Source of the DNA: Schmidtea polychroa
Taxonomy: Eukaryota
DNA length: 64,000 nt
Reading direction: 5' to 3'
Assembly (NCBI GenBank): GCA_044892525.1
Contig: CM097885.1
Coordinates: 192,510,001 to 192,574,000 of the forward strand
The position numbers and the translations under genes were made by a program. How positions within the stretch are numbered: the first letter of the stretch is position 1; each line of letters starts with the position of its first letter. Positions 9,526 through 21,738 of this stretch are shown in pieces. The notes beneath the pieces are model-generated. The model searched no databases. It saw only the letters and a program-made list of their open reading frames with translations, and was not told the DNA's origin.

Positions 9526-12500
9526 TCATACACATTTTCGTCGAGATTTTTCTTTTGCAAATTTATCAATTATGTGATCGCAATTTAGTTTAGTTAAAAA
9601 TTCATATTCAATATACAAAAGTGTCACCTAATTTAACTGGTCCTCCTGCATTTTGTTCCTTACATAATATTTTATTCTTTTTAGACCGGAAAAAGAAATT
9701 TCTGCCGAAGCATATGATATGGGTAATTTTAGAAATATTCGTAAAATTATTTCCACATTGGGAAATGTTTCAATGAAATCTAATGCTAATGTATCACCAG
9801 CTGAATATTCTTCCTTTACTTCTTTTATAAAAAACAGAAATTGTTCCACTTCACTTTCGAATTGACATATATTAATATCCTTCTCATTCATTATTTTTTT
9901 TCATTGTTTGGCACAGAAACATTGAAGAATATTTTGTTGAGGTCCGTAAATTAAAATAAATTTAAATGAAATTTAGGTTAATTATTTAAATAAAAAGTAA
10001 GTGAAGAAAAATACAAATAAAAGCGGGATCATGCACAGAATTGATAGTAAAGGAAAGTACGATGGAAGCAATATTGGAAAATGCCAAAAGCAATTACGAA
10101 AGGCAAGAATTCGGAAATCCGAGAAAAATTAATAAATTGTAAAATCATCGAAATCAAATTGGGAAAACGGGACAGGAATAGAGTAGCTAATGGTCATCAA
10201 GATGATGGTTAGGGATTTATCAGAAAATAGTTAGGAAGGGTCGAAAAGCATTCAAATGTGTAAAAAAAGAAAATGTTAATTAATTAATTAATTGGCTAAT
10301 AGAAAACCCCAGCTAATGGGAAACCCGAGCCAATGGAGAACCCGAGAGATGAAGGAAACCCGAGTTGGGTAAACAAGTAGAAAAGTAAACAGAAGGAAGA
10401 TTTGGGCCCATTAGCTTGACACAATGATTAATTGGAAAAGAGCAAGGAGAAGATAGTGCGTGTAGAAAGGCCGGACGGGCCATTAATTATCTTTGTTCGT
10501 TGGACCATTATGGGTGACAGCCGAAGCAGATACGTGGAAGTAAATGTCAAGTGAAAGATTGGCTCGGCAATAAACATTTGTCATCCCGATTTCGAGGAGT
10601 ATATAAGGAAAGGGAAAATCAGAGCAAATAGGCATTTTGCCTCACGTAGGGTAAGAAGAACTCGAGCTTAGGAAAAGGCAAAAACGAATTTAGGAGATTA
10701 GGGAAAAAGAAGAGATAGAATAAGAATAAAAAGTGTGAAAAGGATCAAATCAAAGAAAATAAAGGAAAACGTTGGCCAAGAGAACCTAAGAAAATAAAAG
10801 GTGAATATTATCTTTATCAAAGCATCAACACCGAGCGGAGAATCGGTCAAACGTAACTTTGATTATTGATTGTAAAGTGGTGAGAAAAGATTGTGAATTT
10901 TGTTATTTCAATATACGTTGGGTTGTTATTGTTTTGATCTGAAGGACACGAGGAGTCAGAGGTAACCGATTTAAATTAACCAAAAACCCAAAAATTTTAA
11001 AATTTTGAAAAATGTCTTCAAATTCTTTTTTCCTGTGACTAAATTCGGTTATCAACTGATCACAAATTGTACAAAACGTATTGCATACGAAATCTTCTTT
11101 TTCAGAAAATACGTGATCGTTATCACTTCGTTCATCAAAACACATTTTCGTTTCTTCATTCTTCTTTCTTCAAATTTTCTACTTGTATAGATTTCGGCCT
11201 CTTTCTCAACAGTTTCAAATTCATTTCTAAATTGTCTTATAAAACAAAGTGAATTCAATAAAGATACACCTTGAAGGACGGTGCACTCTGCTGATTGCAA
11301 AGACTTACTGGTAGCGTTTATTCTTTGGATGATCTTGTCCCAAATAATCATAATCAAAACTGTTTCAAATTTAGTCATATTTGTTCATCCATCAATGCTT
11401 CCTTAATTTTATGCTATCCACATTTTAATGCTAGAACAGCATCTGCTCTTGCAGACCATCTTGTATCGAAAATTTTTTACCGTCAATTTTGTAGGGCAAT
11501 CTTACAGTTTTTTCAATAAAACATTCCATCGATGAGTCAAAGCATTGAAGAAAGTGAATAAATTTTGAAAGAATAAAAAATATCGAGTTGCACTACCACA
11601 GCTTTCAGCTGCAAGGTTACCAACAAGGTTTAACGAATGTGTGGAATAAAGAATATAGAATATGTTTTTAATGCGACCTTACAATGCTGTGTACTTCCCA
11701 GACATATTTGCAGCATTATCGTACGACTGTCCTCTACAAAGTTTAATATGAACCTGCATATTTTTTAACTTTAAAAGTAACTGTTCTTTTCAATAGGCGA
11801 AAACCCTATGAATCTTTCTTTTATATCTCCAGCTGGCAGCACATATCTAAAAATAAAAGTCGATTGATCGACATGGGAAATATCTGGCGTCGAGTTTACA
11901 ATAATGCTGTAAAAATTTGCAGCTTTTACTTTTTCAATTATTTGAAACAAAACAGAATCGCTAAATTATTGTATAAACTCGTCACGTATTTGATGAGATA
12001 AATAGTTGACATTTCCTCGTCCACGATTTCCATATGTTTCCAAATGTAATTTTAAAAATTCGTCATATTCACTTAGATATTCCAAGCACGTTAAATAATC
12101 ACCTTTTCTACTAGAAGATTGGCTTTCGTCATGTCCTCTAAATCCTATACCAAGACGTGCAATTAATTTTATTGTTGATACTATCCTTCGTAAGATCCCT
12201 CCAATAATTCTCTTCTTTGAGTGCCTGCTGCACTAATTTTGCATCTATTCGATGTAACGCTGAAGAACGTCTGTATAATTTCCACATGTATTTTATATGT
12301 TTCTTTGAAACTTCGTGTCCAGATAAAGCTTCTGTAAGATGTCGGCAATTCTGATAACCTTCGATTAACTTAGAGGTCGAATTAGAAAACATTTTACAAT
12401 GGTAGCAGTCTCAGAAAAACAAGCCAATTTCTGATTTTTTTTTCCTAAGCAATTTGTCGGTAAATATGGCCGTCATGTAAACCTCTTAAATATGTTTGAG

Positions 12501-12930
12501 TGCCATCAGTATAAAGATGTTTCAAATTTCACCATTTACCAACGTTGTTTGGTTTATTACGTATTGCAAATTCTATCATTTCGTCTGCTGAAACTTTTGG
12601 CCAGAGTGCAATATTTTCCATAATATCTAACCGACCTGCTTTCGCATCGAATGCCTTTAAAATTTCACTCTTTCCTTCAGATTCAATTTTTAACTCTCCT
12701 GTGGTTGTTGATACAGTCTCCAAATTTTGTTTCGACACAGTATCTTTTTCAAACTCTTGATGTTCCAACAATGGAACATTTTCTTTAATTATAGATGCAC
12801 TAAATTGTGACGTGCCTTGATTTGGAGTTAGAGAGATAAATTTCAACAAATAATCTCTTTGTTGATTATTGATTTCTTCTCTACGTTTTATTTCTTTTCT
12901 CTTCTCAGCCCCCGATTAATACGACTTCAT
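9526..12930 (-). pseudogene. ZMYM1-like hAT transposase pseudogene, interrupted by an insertion at 9935-10968
   Basis: MKSY*SGAEKRK N-terminus, NSTPDISHVDQ, CRGQSYDNAANMSG, HSLNLV, TRWSAR and FPNVEIILRIFL...KRIK C-terminus. A hAT-type terminus caatggcggatacag (minus strand) ends at 12962. Confidence 0.93.
9935..10968 (+). mobile_element. Probable solo LTR (or LTR-like insertion) with 4-bp TSD
   Basis: Starts TGTTGA; ATTT is duplicated at 9931-9934 and 10969-10972; aacccgag enhancer-like repeats with CCAAT, a TATA-like gtatataagg near 10639, then AATAAA. Removing it restores the hAT frame. The right end is non-canonical (no CA); an internal TCAACA ends at 10830. Confidence 0.7.
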
Positions 12931-13300
12931 ACCCAGTCCGCCCATCGCTGTATCCGCCATTGCATGTAAGTCATGTAAAAATAATTAAATATATAATAAA
13001 TACAGTGCGTATTAAAACAATTAAAAAAAATGATAAAAAATAAAAAAAAATATTTTTAGATAAATAATAGCAATCAATTTTGAATGTTATAAAGAGAATA
13101 ATAATAATTAAAGAACATTATGATTACTTGGTAGCAACATAAATTAAATGTTAGAAGTAAAAAAATCACTTGAAAAAGCCAGTACCGAAAATTCGTGAAT
13201 ATAAAAATAAAATCGATATCTTTACTGATTCATAGTCATTTTTTTAATAAATACAAAATAACAAAGGGCTTATAATAAAAACAATTATATAAGAGTGAAA

Positions 13301-14962
13301 TTATATTAAATTAACATTATTTTCAAACCATAATTTCATTTCACTTTTTGCTTGTTTATATGCTTTACAATCTGCTGAATTAACTGGGCAATGAATAATT
13401 GACCGATACTTGATAAATGCCTCTAAAGAAGTCACATATTCTTTCAGTATATCCTTTAAATGATTAAAATTATTAAAAGAATAATCTAAATTCTCTATAG
13501 AATAATCCAACAAAAAGTATCGTACTGTCAAAAAATCGTCACAAACCCTTTGAAGGTAGTTCATTTCTATGAACAAGTAATCGATATATAGGAAATGGGA
13601 AGTTTTTTTCAACCATTTCAAATTAGGATTATTGGAATTCAAAATGTGAAATAGAAATTGAAATTCTACATCAATAACTTCTAATTTATAATTAAAATCA
13701 AAATGATTGACTTTCAAAGCGCTGAAAAAAGTTTCTATTTTTTCATGTGCCTCGAAATTTTGGAAATGAGAAACAACCAAACTGATGTTATTAGCAAAAT
13801 CTGACTTCGTCAAAACTCCTAAAAGTTTCAGCAATTTTTGTGTATTAAAGTTAGATATGGTCGAAATGAAGGATGATAAAGAAAACAAATTCAATTCTTT
13901 GCTAACATATTTAACGAAAACTGTTTTTGAGAAAAAATTTATCAGTTTATGCTTTAGAGAAATCCGATTGGCTAAAGTTGATTTTTCGACATTTTCCCGA
14001 ATCTCGTCAAATCCAAGCGAATCTATTGGACAACTACCTCTAGTAATTATAAATTTATTTACGCAGGCCTTACACAATTTATGATCGCATTTTGTAAATT
14101 GACCATAATTATCATTTGAACCGCATTTCACATTACAAATTAGGCAGGAATTTTCATCGATAATTATTTCCGGATTTTTTATTGATTTAAACAACTCACT
14201 ATTTTTAGAAACAAAAATTATTGTCAAAGCTGCCATTGACAAATCAATATTATTGATGATTTTTATTTTGTTTGAAATGATTTCCAATAGATTATTGATT
14301 TTTCTATAACTCGGAATGCCTAAATCATAATGCCATGGAAAATCAATGAAATAATCAAAATTAATTATTGAATCGAATATATTTTGGATGCTCCTAAAAT
14401 TAACTACTGAAATTTCGAATTCTGTTAAATTATTTTTTCTTTCTTTATCGAGGAATAAATTGAAAGCATTATACTTTTGACATCTATAGATTCCAATGAT
14501 CGCTGATTGACGAATCCTTTCAAACATTAATTTGCAAGTATTTTCCAAATATTTGGCATCGTTTAATTCGATTTCTTCTTTATTTTCCGACAAAGATTTC
14601 AGAAAATCTAACATAGATAGTATTGAGCTTTTAATGATCTTTATTATATTACTAATGCATGAAAAGCAATGAACCCAGAATTCTTCAATACTTGGAATCA
14701 ACAATTGCGGATGGTTTTTTATAACTTCTTCTTTCAAATCTGATATTGAATTAAAGGAGAATGGGAAATAATTTACATCAAAATCAGACGAAACGAAAAT
14801 CTTTGTTACTTCAGTTCTATCAAGAGGACACGTTACATCTGACTGAAAGATTAATTCAATACCGCAAATAAAACAATATTCATGTCGACATTTATCAAAT
14901 TGTACAGCTTTCTCAACAATATCATAGCATATGGGACATACATTTTCGTCCTCGTAATTCAT
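13301..14962 (-). CDS. Intronless protein with two C3HC4 RING fingers (putative E3 ubiquitin ligase), about 553 aa from the second Met
   Basis: CPIC..CRHEYCFIC..TCPLD and CLIC..CDHKLCKAC..SCPID in a 1.7-kb intact ORF. The Met at 14962 directly precedes RING1; the upstream extension is a poly-Ile AT repeat. Confidence 0.9.
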   Translation of the reverse strand: MNYEDENVCPICYDIVEKAVQFDKCRHEYCFICGIELIFQSDVTCPLDRTEVTKIFVSSDFDVNYFPFSFNSISDLKEEVIKNHPQLLIPSIEEFWVHCFSCISNIIKIIKSSILSMLDFLKSLSENKEEIELNDAKYLENTCKLMFERIRQSAIIGIYRCQKYNAFNLFLDKERKNNLTEFEISVVNFRSIQNIFDSIINFDYFIDFPWHYDLGIPSYRKINNLLEIISNKIKIINNIDLSMAALTIIFVSKNSELFKSIKNPEIIIDENSCLICNVKCGSNDNYGQFTKCDHKLCKACVNKFIITRGSCPIDSLGFDEIRENVEKSTLANRISLKHKLINFFSKTVFVKYVSKELNLFSLSSFISTISNFNTQKLLKLLGVLTKSDFANNISLVVSHFQNFEAHEKIETFFSALKVNHFDFNYKLEVIDVEFQFLFHILNSNNPNLKWLKKTSHFLYIDYLFIEMNYLQRVCDDFLTVRYFLLDYSIENLDYSFNNFNHLKDILKEYVTSLEAFIKYRSIIHCPVNSADCKAYKQAKSEMKLWFENNVNLI

Positions 14963-15598
14963 AATTATTATTATTATTATTATTTTATATAAAATATTCA
15001 AACAATTTAAATTTCAAAATTACATTTTTTATTTTGAAAAATTACATAGATATTTGAATAATTTAATTATATAATTTATTTTTATTAATTTTAATAAATT
15101 ATTTATTAAAATATAATTTTTCATAATATCAAAATTTATGTTTTTACTTAGTCTAGTAGTGAAGCTGTGAAAAGAATAAAATTTCTTAAAATAAAATTAA
15201 AAATATATTTAAAATTATATTTATATATTTTAATTTTTAAAATTTATTAAAAATTGAATGATGATTTTATGTTTGAATCACTAAAATTAATATAATTAGT
15301 TTTAGATAATATTGTGTAATAAATTTTATAAAATTAATTAAATTGCATAATAATTTTTATGGTGAAATGAAATAAGGAGAAATCATCAAATCAAACAATT
15401 TAATGATTGATATAGTTATCAGGAATCTCGAAAGTCTTAAATTATCAGCAAATAACAAAGGTTTTTGAAAATTTATTCATAATGACATATGATGATTTTA
15501 AAATATATCATTTTAAAAGATTTTTTGTCCAAAACATTTCTCTCACCATAAAATTCCTTCAATAAAAACACCAGCAAACTAGTGATAGAAATGTCATT

Positions 15599-15712
15599 GG
15601 GTACTACGACAAAATGTCACCGGACAAAATGTCGCAGACAACATGTTATATAGACAAATGTTATGGACAGAATGTCACGGCCAAAATGTTGTGGACAAAA
15701 TGTAACATAACA
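15599..15712. mobile_element. Mutator-like terminal fragment with gacaaaatgtc tandem units
   Basis: About 7 degenerate 15-bp units after gggtactac; same architecture as the 9-bp-TSD element at 33617-34338. Confidence 0.55.
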
Positions 15713-16404
15713 TTATTATACTTGATTGTTTTAAACAAAAAAATTATTCTTAAATCATATGTTAATCATACGTTNNNNNNNNNNNNNNNNNNNNNNNNNN
15801 NNNNNNNNNNNNNNNNNNNNNNNNNNNNNNNNNNNNNNNNNNNNNNNNNNNNNNNNNNNNNNNNNNNNNNNNNNNNNNNNNNNNNNNNNNNNNNNNNNNN
15901 NNNNNNNNNNNNNNNNNNNNNNNNNNNNNNNNNNNNNNNNNNNNNNNNNNNNNNNNNNNNNNNNNNNNNNNNNNNNNNNNNNNNNNNNNNNNNNNNNNNN
16001 NNNNNNNNNNNNNNNNNNNNNNNNNNNNNNNNNNNNNNNNNNNNNNNNNCGCGTCTGTGTGCGCTTTTTACTTTCTTTGTTTTTGGGTTGTGTGCGCACA
16101 CAGACGCGTAAAATTGTGAAAATGATTTTACGATTTGGAGCTTTGGATTGGTTGAAATTTATTGGGTTTTGCTGTATTCGAATTATTGTTAGTGTGTTTG
16201 TTTTTACTGATTGATTTAAGTTTTTTTGAGTGAGTTTGGATCGAGTGGAATCTTGAGTTTTCGAATTTTTTTGAAATTCCTGTACTTTGGCCAAATATAT
16301 GATTTTAAATCAAGTTTTTGAGATTTCTTCAGTGGATTTAATTATATATATGATTTCAAATCAAGTTTTTGAGATTTCTTCAGTGTATTTAATTATCAAA
16401 TCAA

Positions 16405-16860
16405 ATGATCATGCTATTCAACGCGACAGGGGCGTTCACATATCTTAGAATGGTAAATGTGTGACGTGCAAGAATAGATTTATTGAAAGACTTGAATCTG
16501 ATAACTCAATGGAAATTGGAAATACTACAAACGAAACTGATGGTTCCTTTTTATGACTCCAAGAGATCCTGATAACTTTAATAGTGTTTTTGGCCAACTA
16601 ATATCAAATTTATTTGGTGGATTCCTGCCGCAGGATTTTAGATCCGATTCGTCAGATTACATGTTTCAACAGATTTCGACAAGTGATTGCACAATAACTC
16701 AAAATGTTTCGCCAACATCCTCAGAAAATAGAGCACCAAAATCAACATCTCTACCAAAATCCTCATCCCCGAAAGCTATTCGTTCGAGAAGTTCCTCCAT
16801 CATGTTCATTAAACTGAATTCTTTGCCATTTGCAAATGAAAATTGCGGGACAATTAAACA
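16405..16860 (+). pseudogene. RNF115/RNF126-like 5' fragment (N-terminal zinc ribbon), disrupted and lacking the C-terminal RING
   Basis: C-Y-Q-[R]-x11-CVTCKNRFIERL fits the CxxC-x11/12-CxxC-xxxFIExL zinc ribbon of RNF115/126, followed by FGQLISNLFGG. Lesions: a 1-nt insertion, a TAG at 16446, and a frameshift in a T5 run at 16548. Confidence 0.55.
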
Positions 16861-16915
16861 ATTATTATTATTATTATTACTTTCTTATTTACAAAGTATT
16901 ATTATTATTTGCTTA

Positions 16916-17164
16916 GGTACTAGGACAAAATGTCACCGTACAAAATGTTGGCTTCTTTATCCACGCTTTAATTAATTAGCTGATGAATCGAAACAAAACT
17001 TTTTCGTGGATCTATAGCTGTGCTCTATAGTTAATTTGTTTAAAGCTGGAAGAAAAATAATAAATATTACTAAACAGGTTGAATTTATCAGCTCATTTTA
17101 TCAACATTTATACCATGATATTTTGACCTAGACATTCTATGTGTGACATTTTGTCCGGCCACCG
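16916..17164. mobile_element. Mutator-like foldback fragment (gacaaaatgtc units in both orientations)
   Basis: ggtactaggacaaaatgtcacc at 16916; the inverted gtgacattttgtccggccaccg ends at 17164. No TSD found. Confidence 0.5.
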
Positions 17165-17683
17165 AATTTTGTAATGAAAAGATTTTTTGAAAAAATTTAT
17201 TAGTTAATAATAACAATTTACTTACAATTTATAATTACTTTTCTACAATAAATTAGCAAAATAATTAGAAAATATTTTGCTAAAAATAAATAAATATATA
17301 AATAAAATTTAAATTTAAAAAAAAATGATCTAATAAAATTACTACATAAAAAATAAATTCTATTGGCCTGTAGCATGACAATTCAAGACACTACAAAAAA
17401 GTAATTGAACGAATCAGGATATAAAACAAGTGTTACACACCTCAAATCAATTTACAACACACGGACAAGTTGTTGATTTACTAAAATGTATTGACTTTAT
17501 TTACATTGTAAAAGTAAAAGAGGCCCACTAACTCACATACCCCCTGAGGATTTTCCCCTTAAATTTCCTATTTTATAGGTAGGTCAAATTGACTTTAAAA
17601 GTAGAGGCCCTAATTTCAAGTAGGTCAAGTAGTTGGACCAAAGTTATCCATATCATCGTCAAGATAGTCCATAACACAGGATT

Positions 17684-18941
17684 CTAAAGATGTCCAAATG
17701 CGAGACTACTATTTTGCATCATTCATAATCGTTTGTCATCGTTATCACTTAATGTTATTTTATTGTTTTTAATAGTAAATAACTGATGGTTGCGAGTCCC
17801 TATTCCCTTATATGGCACTAAAAATATTTCATTATTGTTATAACATTCTAAATTTTACTGGCACACAATCTCGGTCCCTAGTAAGATCTTTTGTTCTCAC
17901 TATAACACTTTAATCTTTGTATAACCAAAGACCTTTACTTTCATCCTTAAACGTTCCAATTACTGAATCAAGGTTTCTTGAGTACAAGAGATGAGCAGAG
18001 TCATGATGTGAGGTAACTAAAAGCTGGTCTCTAATCATTGACAGTAAAAGATTACCAAGTTTCCAGTGCTTAACCTCAAGAAAAGAGGAGTCTGTGTCAC
18101 TGATAACGATTTTAATTTAACAATTAAATTCATCTCTATATTTTGCTAACTCCATATCCTTAACTTAGATAAATCCAGCACTGATTAACCGATGTAGCTG
18201 GGTCTATCTAAGCAGATAATTTCTTTATATAAATGTGGCGCAATCAAATCGTCATCAATTCTGATTGCTTTTCTGAATTGCAACTTTGGCGCATATGTAA
18301 TTAACTTTTCGGTTGAATTACACAGCCTCTAATTCATTCTTTTGAGGTTTTCTACAGATTTCCCGTACAAACTATTATTAAACAATTTATAAAGGTCTTT
18401 GTATAATTAATTTTCAAATCTGTACTTTTGTAGATGTGGTGTTTAAATATTGGTGCCTGTTTAAATTTAGTAACTGTGCACTTTAACAATTTTTACACCC
18501 AGTTCGATGTAAAACTTCAAAAGTATCCAATGAAGAACATGATTCTTTTTGAAAAAATGCGTGAGCATCAACTTCTGAACCGAACGGGTACATTTATTCA
18601 AGTTCAGTAGGAAAGTCATTCAAAAAATCATGCAAACTCTCAGGAATATCGATATCAACTTCCATAATGTAACCATATGAAAGGATTTCAATATCTGATG
18701 ACATACATTCACTCAAAACAGCAACAAGATTGTCATACATTCAAGTAAAATCATCATACGGAAGATATCAGATAAGAGCCCAAACATACAAATTATTTAT
18801 GTCTACAATAAAATGTTCTGTGTCTTCAGAACTTCCAACATAATGTTTATTAACAAATGTTAACCCACTTCGTATTTCTACCTCATAGAAATTAAACATT
18901 TCCATATCGTGCCGAAGTTCTATGAGTTCCTGTAATGTCAT
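17684..18941 (-). pseudogene. Polinton/adintovirus-type protein-primed DNA polymerase B, C-terminal half, decayed
   Basis: Minus-strand translation gives VDINNLY (motif A), NNSLYGK (motif B), SDTDS (motif C) and ITLSDNDDKR..SLAFGH at the end. Many stops; colinear with the 46507 copy. Confidence 0.9.
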
Positions 18942-21699
18942 ATAAATTTATATAAAATAAATTTAAAATTAACTTATTTAATTTAAATACTCGTACCTTT
19001 TTGCAATCAAGTCAGATAAACAAATTAATTTTAATAAAATTTCGTACTCATAAATTTAATACGCAAGTCACTTATAAATTAAATATTAACATACATCCAT
19101 CAGTTACACAATATGAATTTCTATTATATTTTGTAGATTTTATGTTGATTGAAAGAATATTTAAATATTTGAGGTTTTAATAATGATTCTAAGATAAATT
19201 TAATTAATTTCTTGCTAATTTCCAGTATTTTTAAGATTTGATTTTTTAAAATTTTATTTTCAACAAAATTAATTTTAATGACAGGTTGATAAGTAGAGTT
19301 TTTACAATAATCAAGTGGAGCAGCTGGTAGTTAGAACTTGGTTGTTGGTATCTGGCTATTAGTACCTTATTGCTGGTACTTATTTTTTAGTTGATGGTAC
19401 TTACTATTACCATTATTATTATTCACAAAAATTTATTTCATTCAAATTTACTTAAATTACCTTTAAAAATTTCATTACTTTTATAATTTTTCAGAAGACG
19501 TCGATTCTTAAATAATATTTTACATTAATTTAAAATTATTGCTTATTTATTTTAATTTCTCAGAAGACGATGATTCTTAAAAATACCTTACATTGATTTA
19601 CTTAATTTAAAATTATTACTTTACTTATTTTTTTATATTACTTTACTTATTTGCTTTAATTTCTCAAAATTTCGTAAATTCTTTTACAGAATTCCTGGGA
19701 CCAAAAATAACCCCTCACTATAGTTTTTCACATTGACATAAACTCCTTTAACCCTCAGCACCCAGTTCACTTTGTCCTGAAAAACCTTTAGCCAAAATAC
19801 TTCCTGACTATAGGATTTTGACATGCTTCAAATTGACATAGGGACAGGATAAGGCCAAGAGGGCTAATATCAACCCACGTGCAATGGTCAATCCGATTTT
19901 ATTTTCCCAACTGACTACAGTGCAAATGGGGTATTGATCTTTACATGGTAATTGCACTGGTGGACTAATATGGTATAATGATATATAAATATTTTGTTCT
20001 GACTATGGCCAATCACGTTCCACATTACTTATTATATGTAAGAATTCGTGTCCGTTCTCAAAAAATGTCCAATTTAATTGCGATTGACCAAGCCCATTCA
20101 TAACGGTCAATCTCCCTTTAAATTAGTCTGACTATAATACGGCGATTAACCTCCTTGGCTGACTACAGAAGTTTTTGTTAATTCTATTTGAAATTGCGAT
20201 GACCCCAAAAAATGTATTGATCCATATTTTGTGAATTAGTGATTTATAACATTTTAATATTTAACGATTCGCCTAAATGATTATAATAAAAGTTTTCTTT
20301 TTTATTCACTCTCCGTCAGTGTCATAGTTTAAATTTAATGACTCGGAGAAACTTTAGATCTAAAAATATTTCTCTTATAATCATTAAATTCTTACAGGAT
20401 TATATTTAATATTTATTTTTCGTTGTATAATTATATAAGATAACTCTGAACTAACCCTTCTTTTTAAACCAATTAGAATTCTTTCAAGTGATTTTATAAA
20501 TGAATAATTCAACCAATAAATTCATAGAAAATAGTAAATGGAAATTAATAAAATATCCGGCAGAAATTAAGCATGAAAAATCAATAAAATTTTCACCAAA
20601 ACTTAATCACGATGTGCAATATACAAAAAATAAAAAATCCTTATATTAAAATATGCCTTCATTGTATCAGCTTGAAATCTCTAAATATGCGGAAATAACG
20701 AATTCCCAGGAAATCTATGCTGTGTTAATATAGATGAAAATACTAGGTATCTATTGAATCGCTACAACGTTTAATTCTCTTTAAATTCGGACGATCCTCA
20801 TCCTCGAGTAAAATATCTGAAGGAAAAAATTAAACAAAATTTAATTAATAGTAAATTTTTTGTTCGGAATTCATAATAATTCGAAGTCAATTTTATTTCC
20901 TACTTTACTCAAAACAAAAACCGATAAAATAACATTTAACTTATTTTATATGAATTGAACAATTATTAATTTAATTTTAGTTTAGTTTTTGAATTATAAA
21001 ATAAAATTATAGATTTAATAATTGAGTTAATAATTAATAATAATCAAAATATTTGGTTATTATAATGTTAAATAATTCTACATCAAAGCCAAATAAATAA
21101 GTTCCTTAATGACATTAAATAGTGATTTATTAATTGCATTAATGGAATGGATTTAAAAATTTAATTTTTTAGAGTAATAATAAATTTTAATAGTACTTTT
21201 AAGTTATACTGTGATGGATTTGCATGCTCTTGATTTAATTTTAAAAATATTTTTAAAATTTCTGATGGGTTTGATCAACATTAAGGTAAGATATTTCTTT
21301 GTAAAAGTGGACATTTTTAATATTTCAATATTTTTAATTATTCTCTAAATGCGTTTTAATTTTTCTAATATATATTAACAAAAAAAATTCCTTTTTATAT
21401 ATAGATTTTATTTCATTATGTTCAAAAATCCTTATTTATTATCTAACTATGGATCTATTTTGCACAATTTTTTTGCAGCTTCTTGAAGGTATGAATGTAT
21501 TTGTCTTGCATTAAATTGTTCTAACTTTCTATATTACATTAAATTTACATTTTTTAAAAATTTTTAATATTTTTAACGTTCAAAATATTTTTACTGAAAT
21601 TAAAATTTCGTATTTATTATGAATTTCAGCTCATTTATGATAAATTTTCAAAAAAGGTATGATGTACTTTTTTAATTAAAAGAAAACGCCAATCTTTTT

Positions 21700-21738
21700 C
21701 ACGATATATTTCGACAGTTTTCCTGTCATCATCAGGTG
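21700..21738 (-). ncRNA. Minimal type I hammerhead ribozyme of Penelope-like-element type
   Basis: Minus strand: cac CUGAUGA u gacag-gaaaa-cuguc GAAA uaua UC gug. This gives an intact core, 5-bp stem II, palindromic stem III, UC cleavage site and 3-bp stem I. Confidence 0.75.

Noticed and set aside
16050-16108. 15-bp perfect inverted repeat directly after an N-gap
   Set aside because: Its position at a contig edge makes an assembly artefact or a truncated element end as likely as a functional hairpin.
15614-16294. Track ORFs spanning N-gaps (also 8020, 22123, 53255, 53262, 55694)
   Set aside because: Their length comes from untranslatable N runs.
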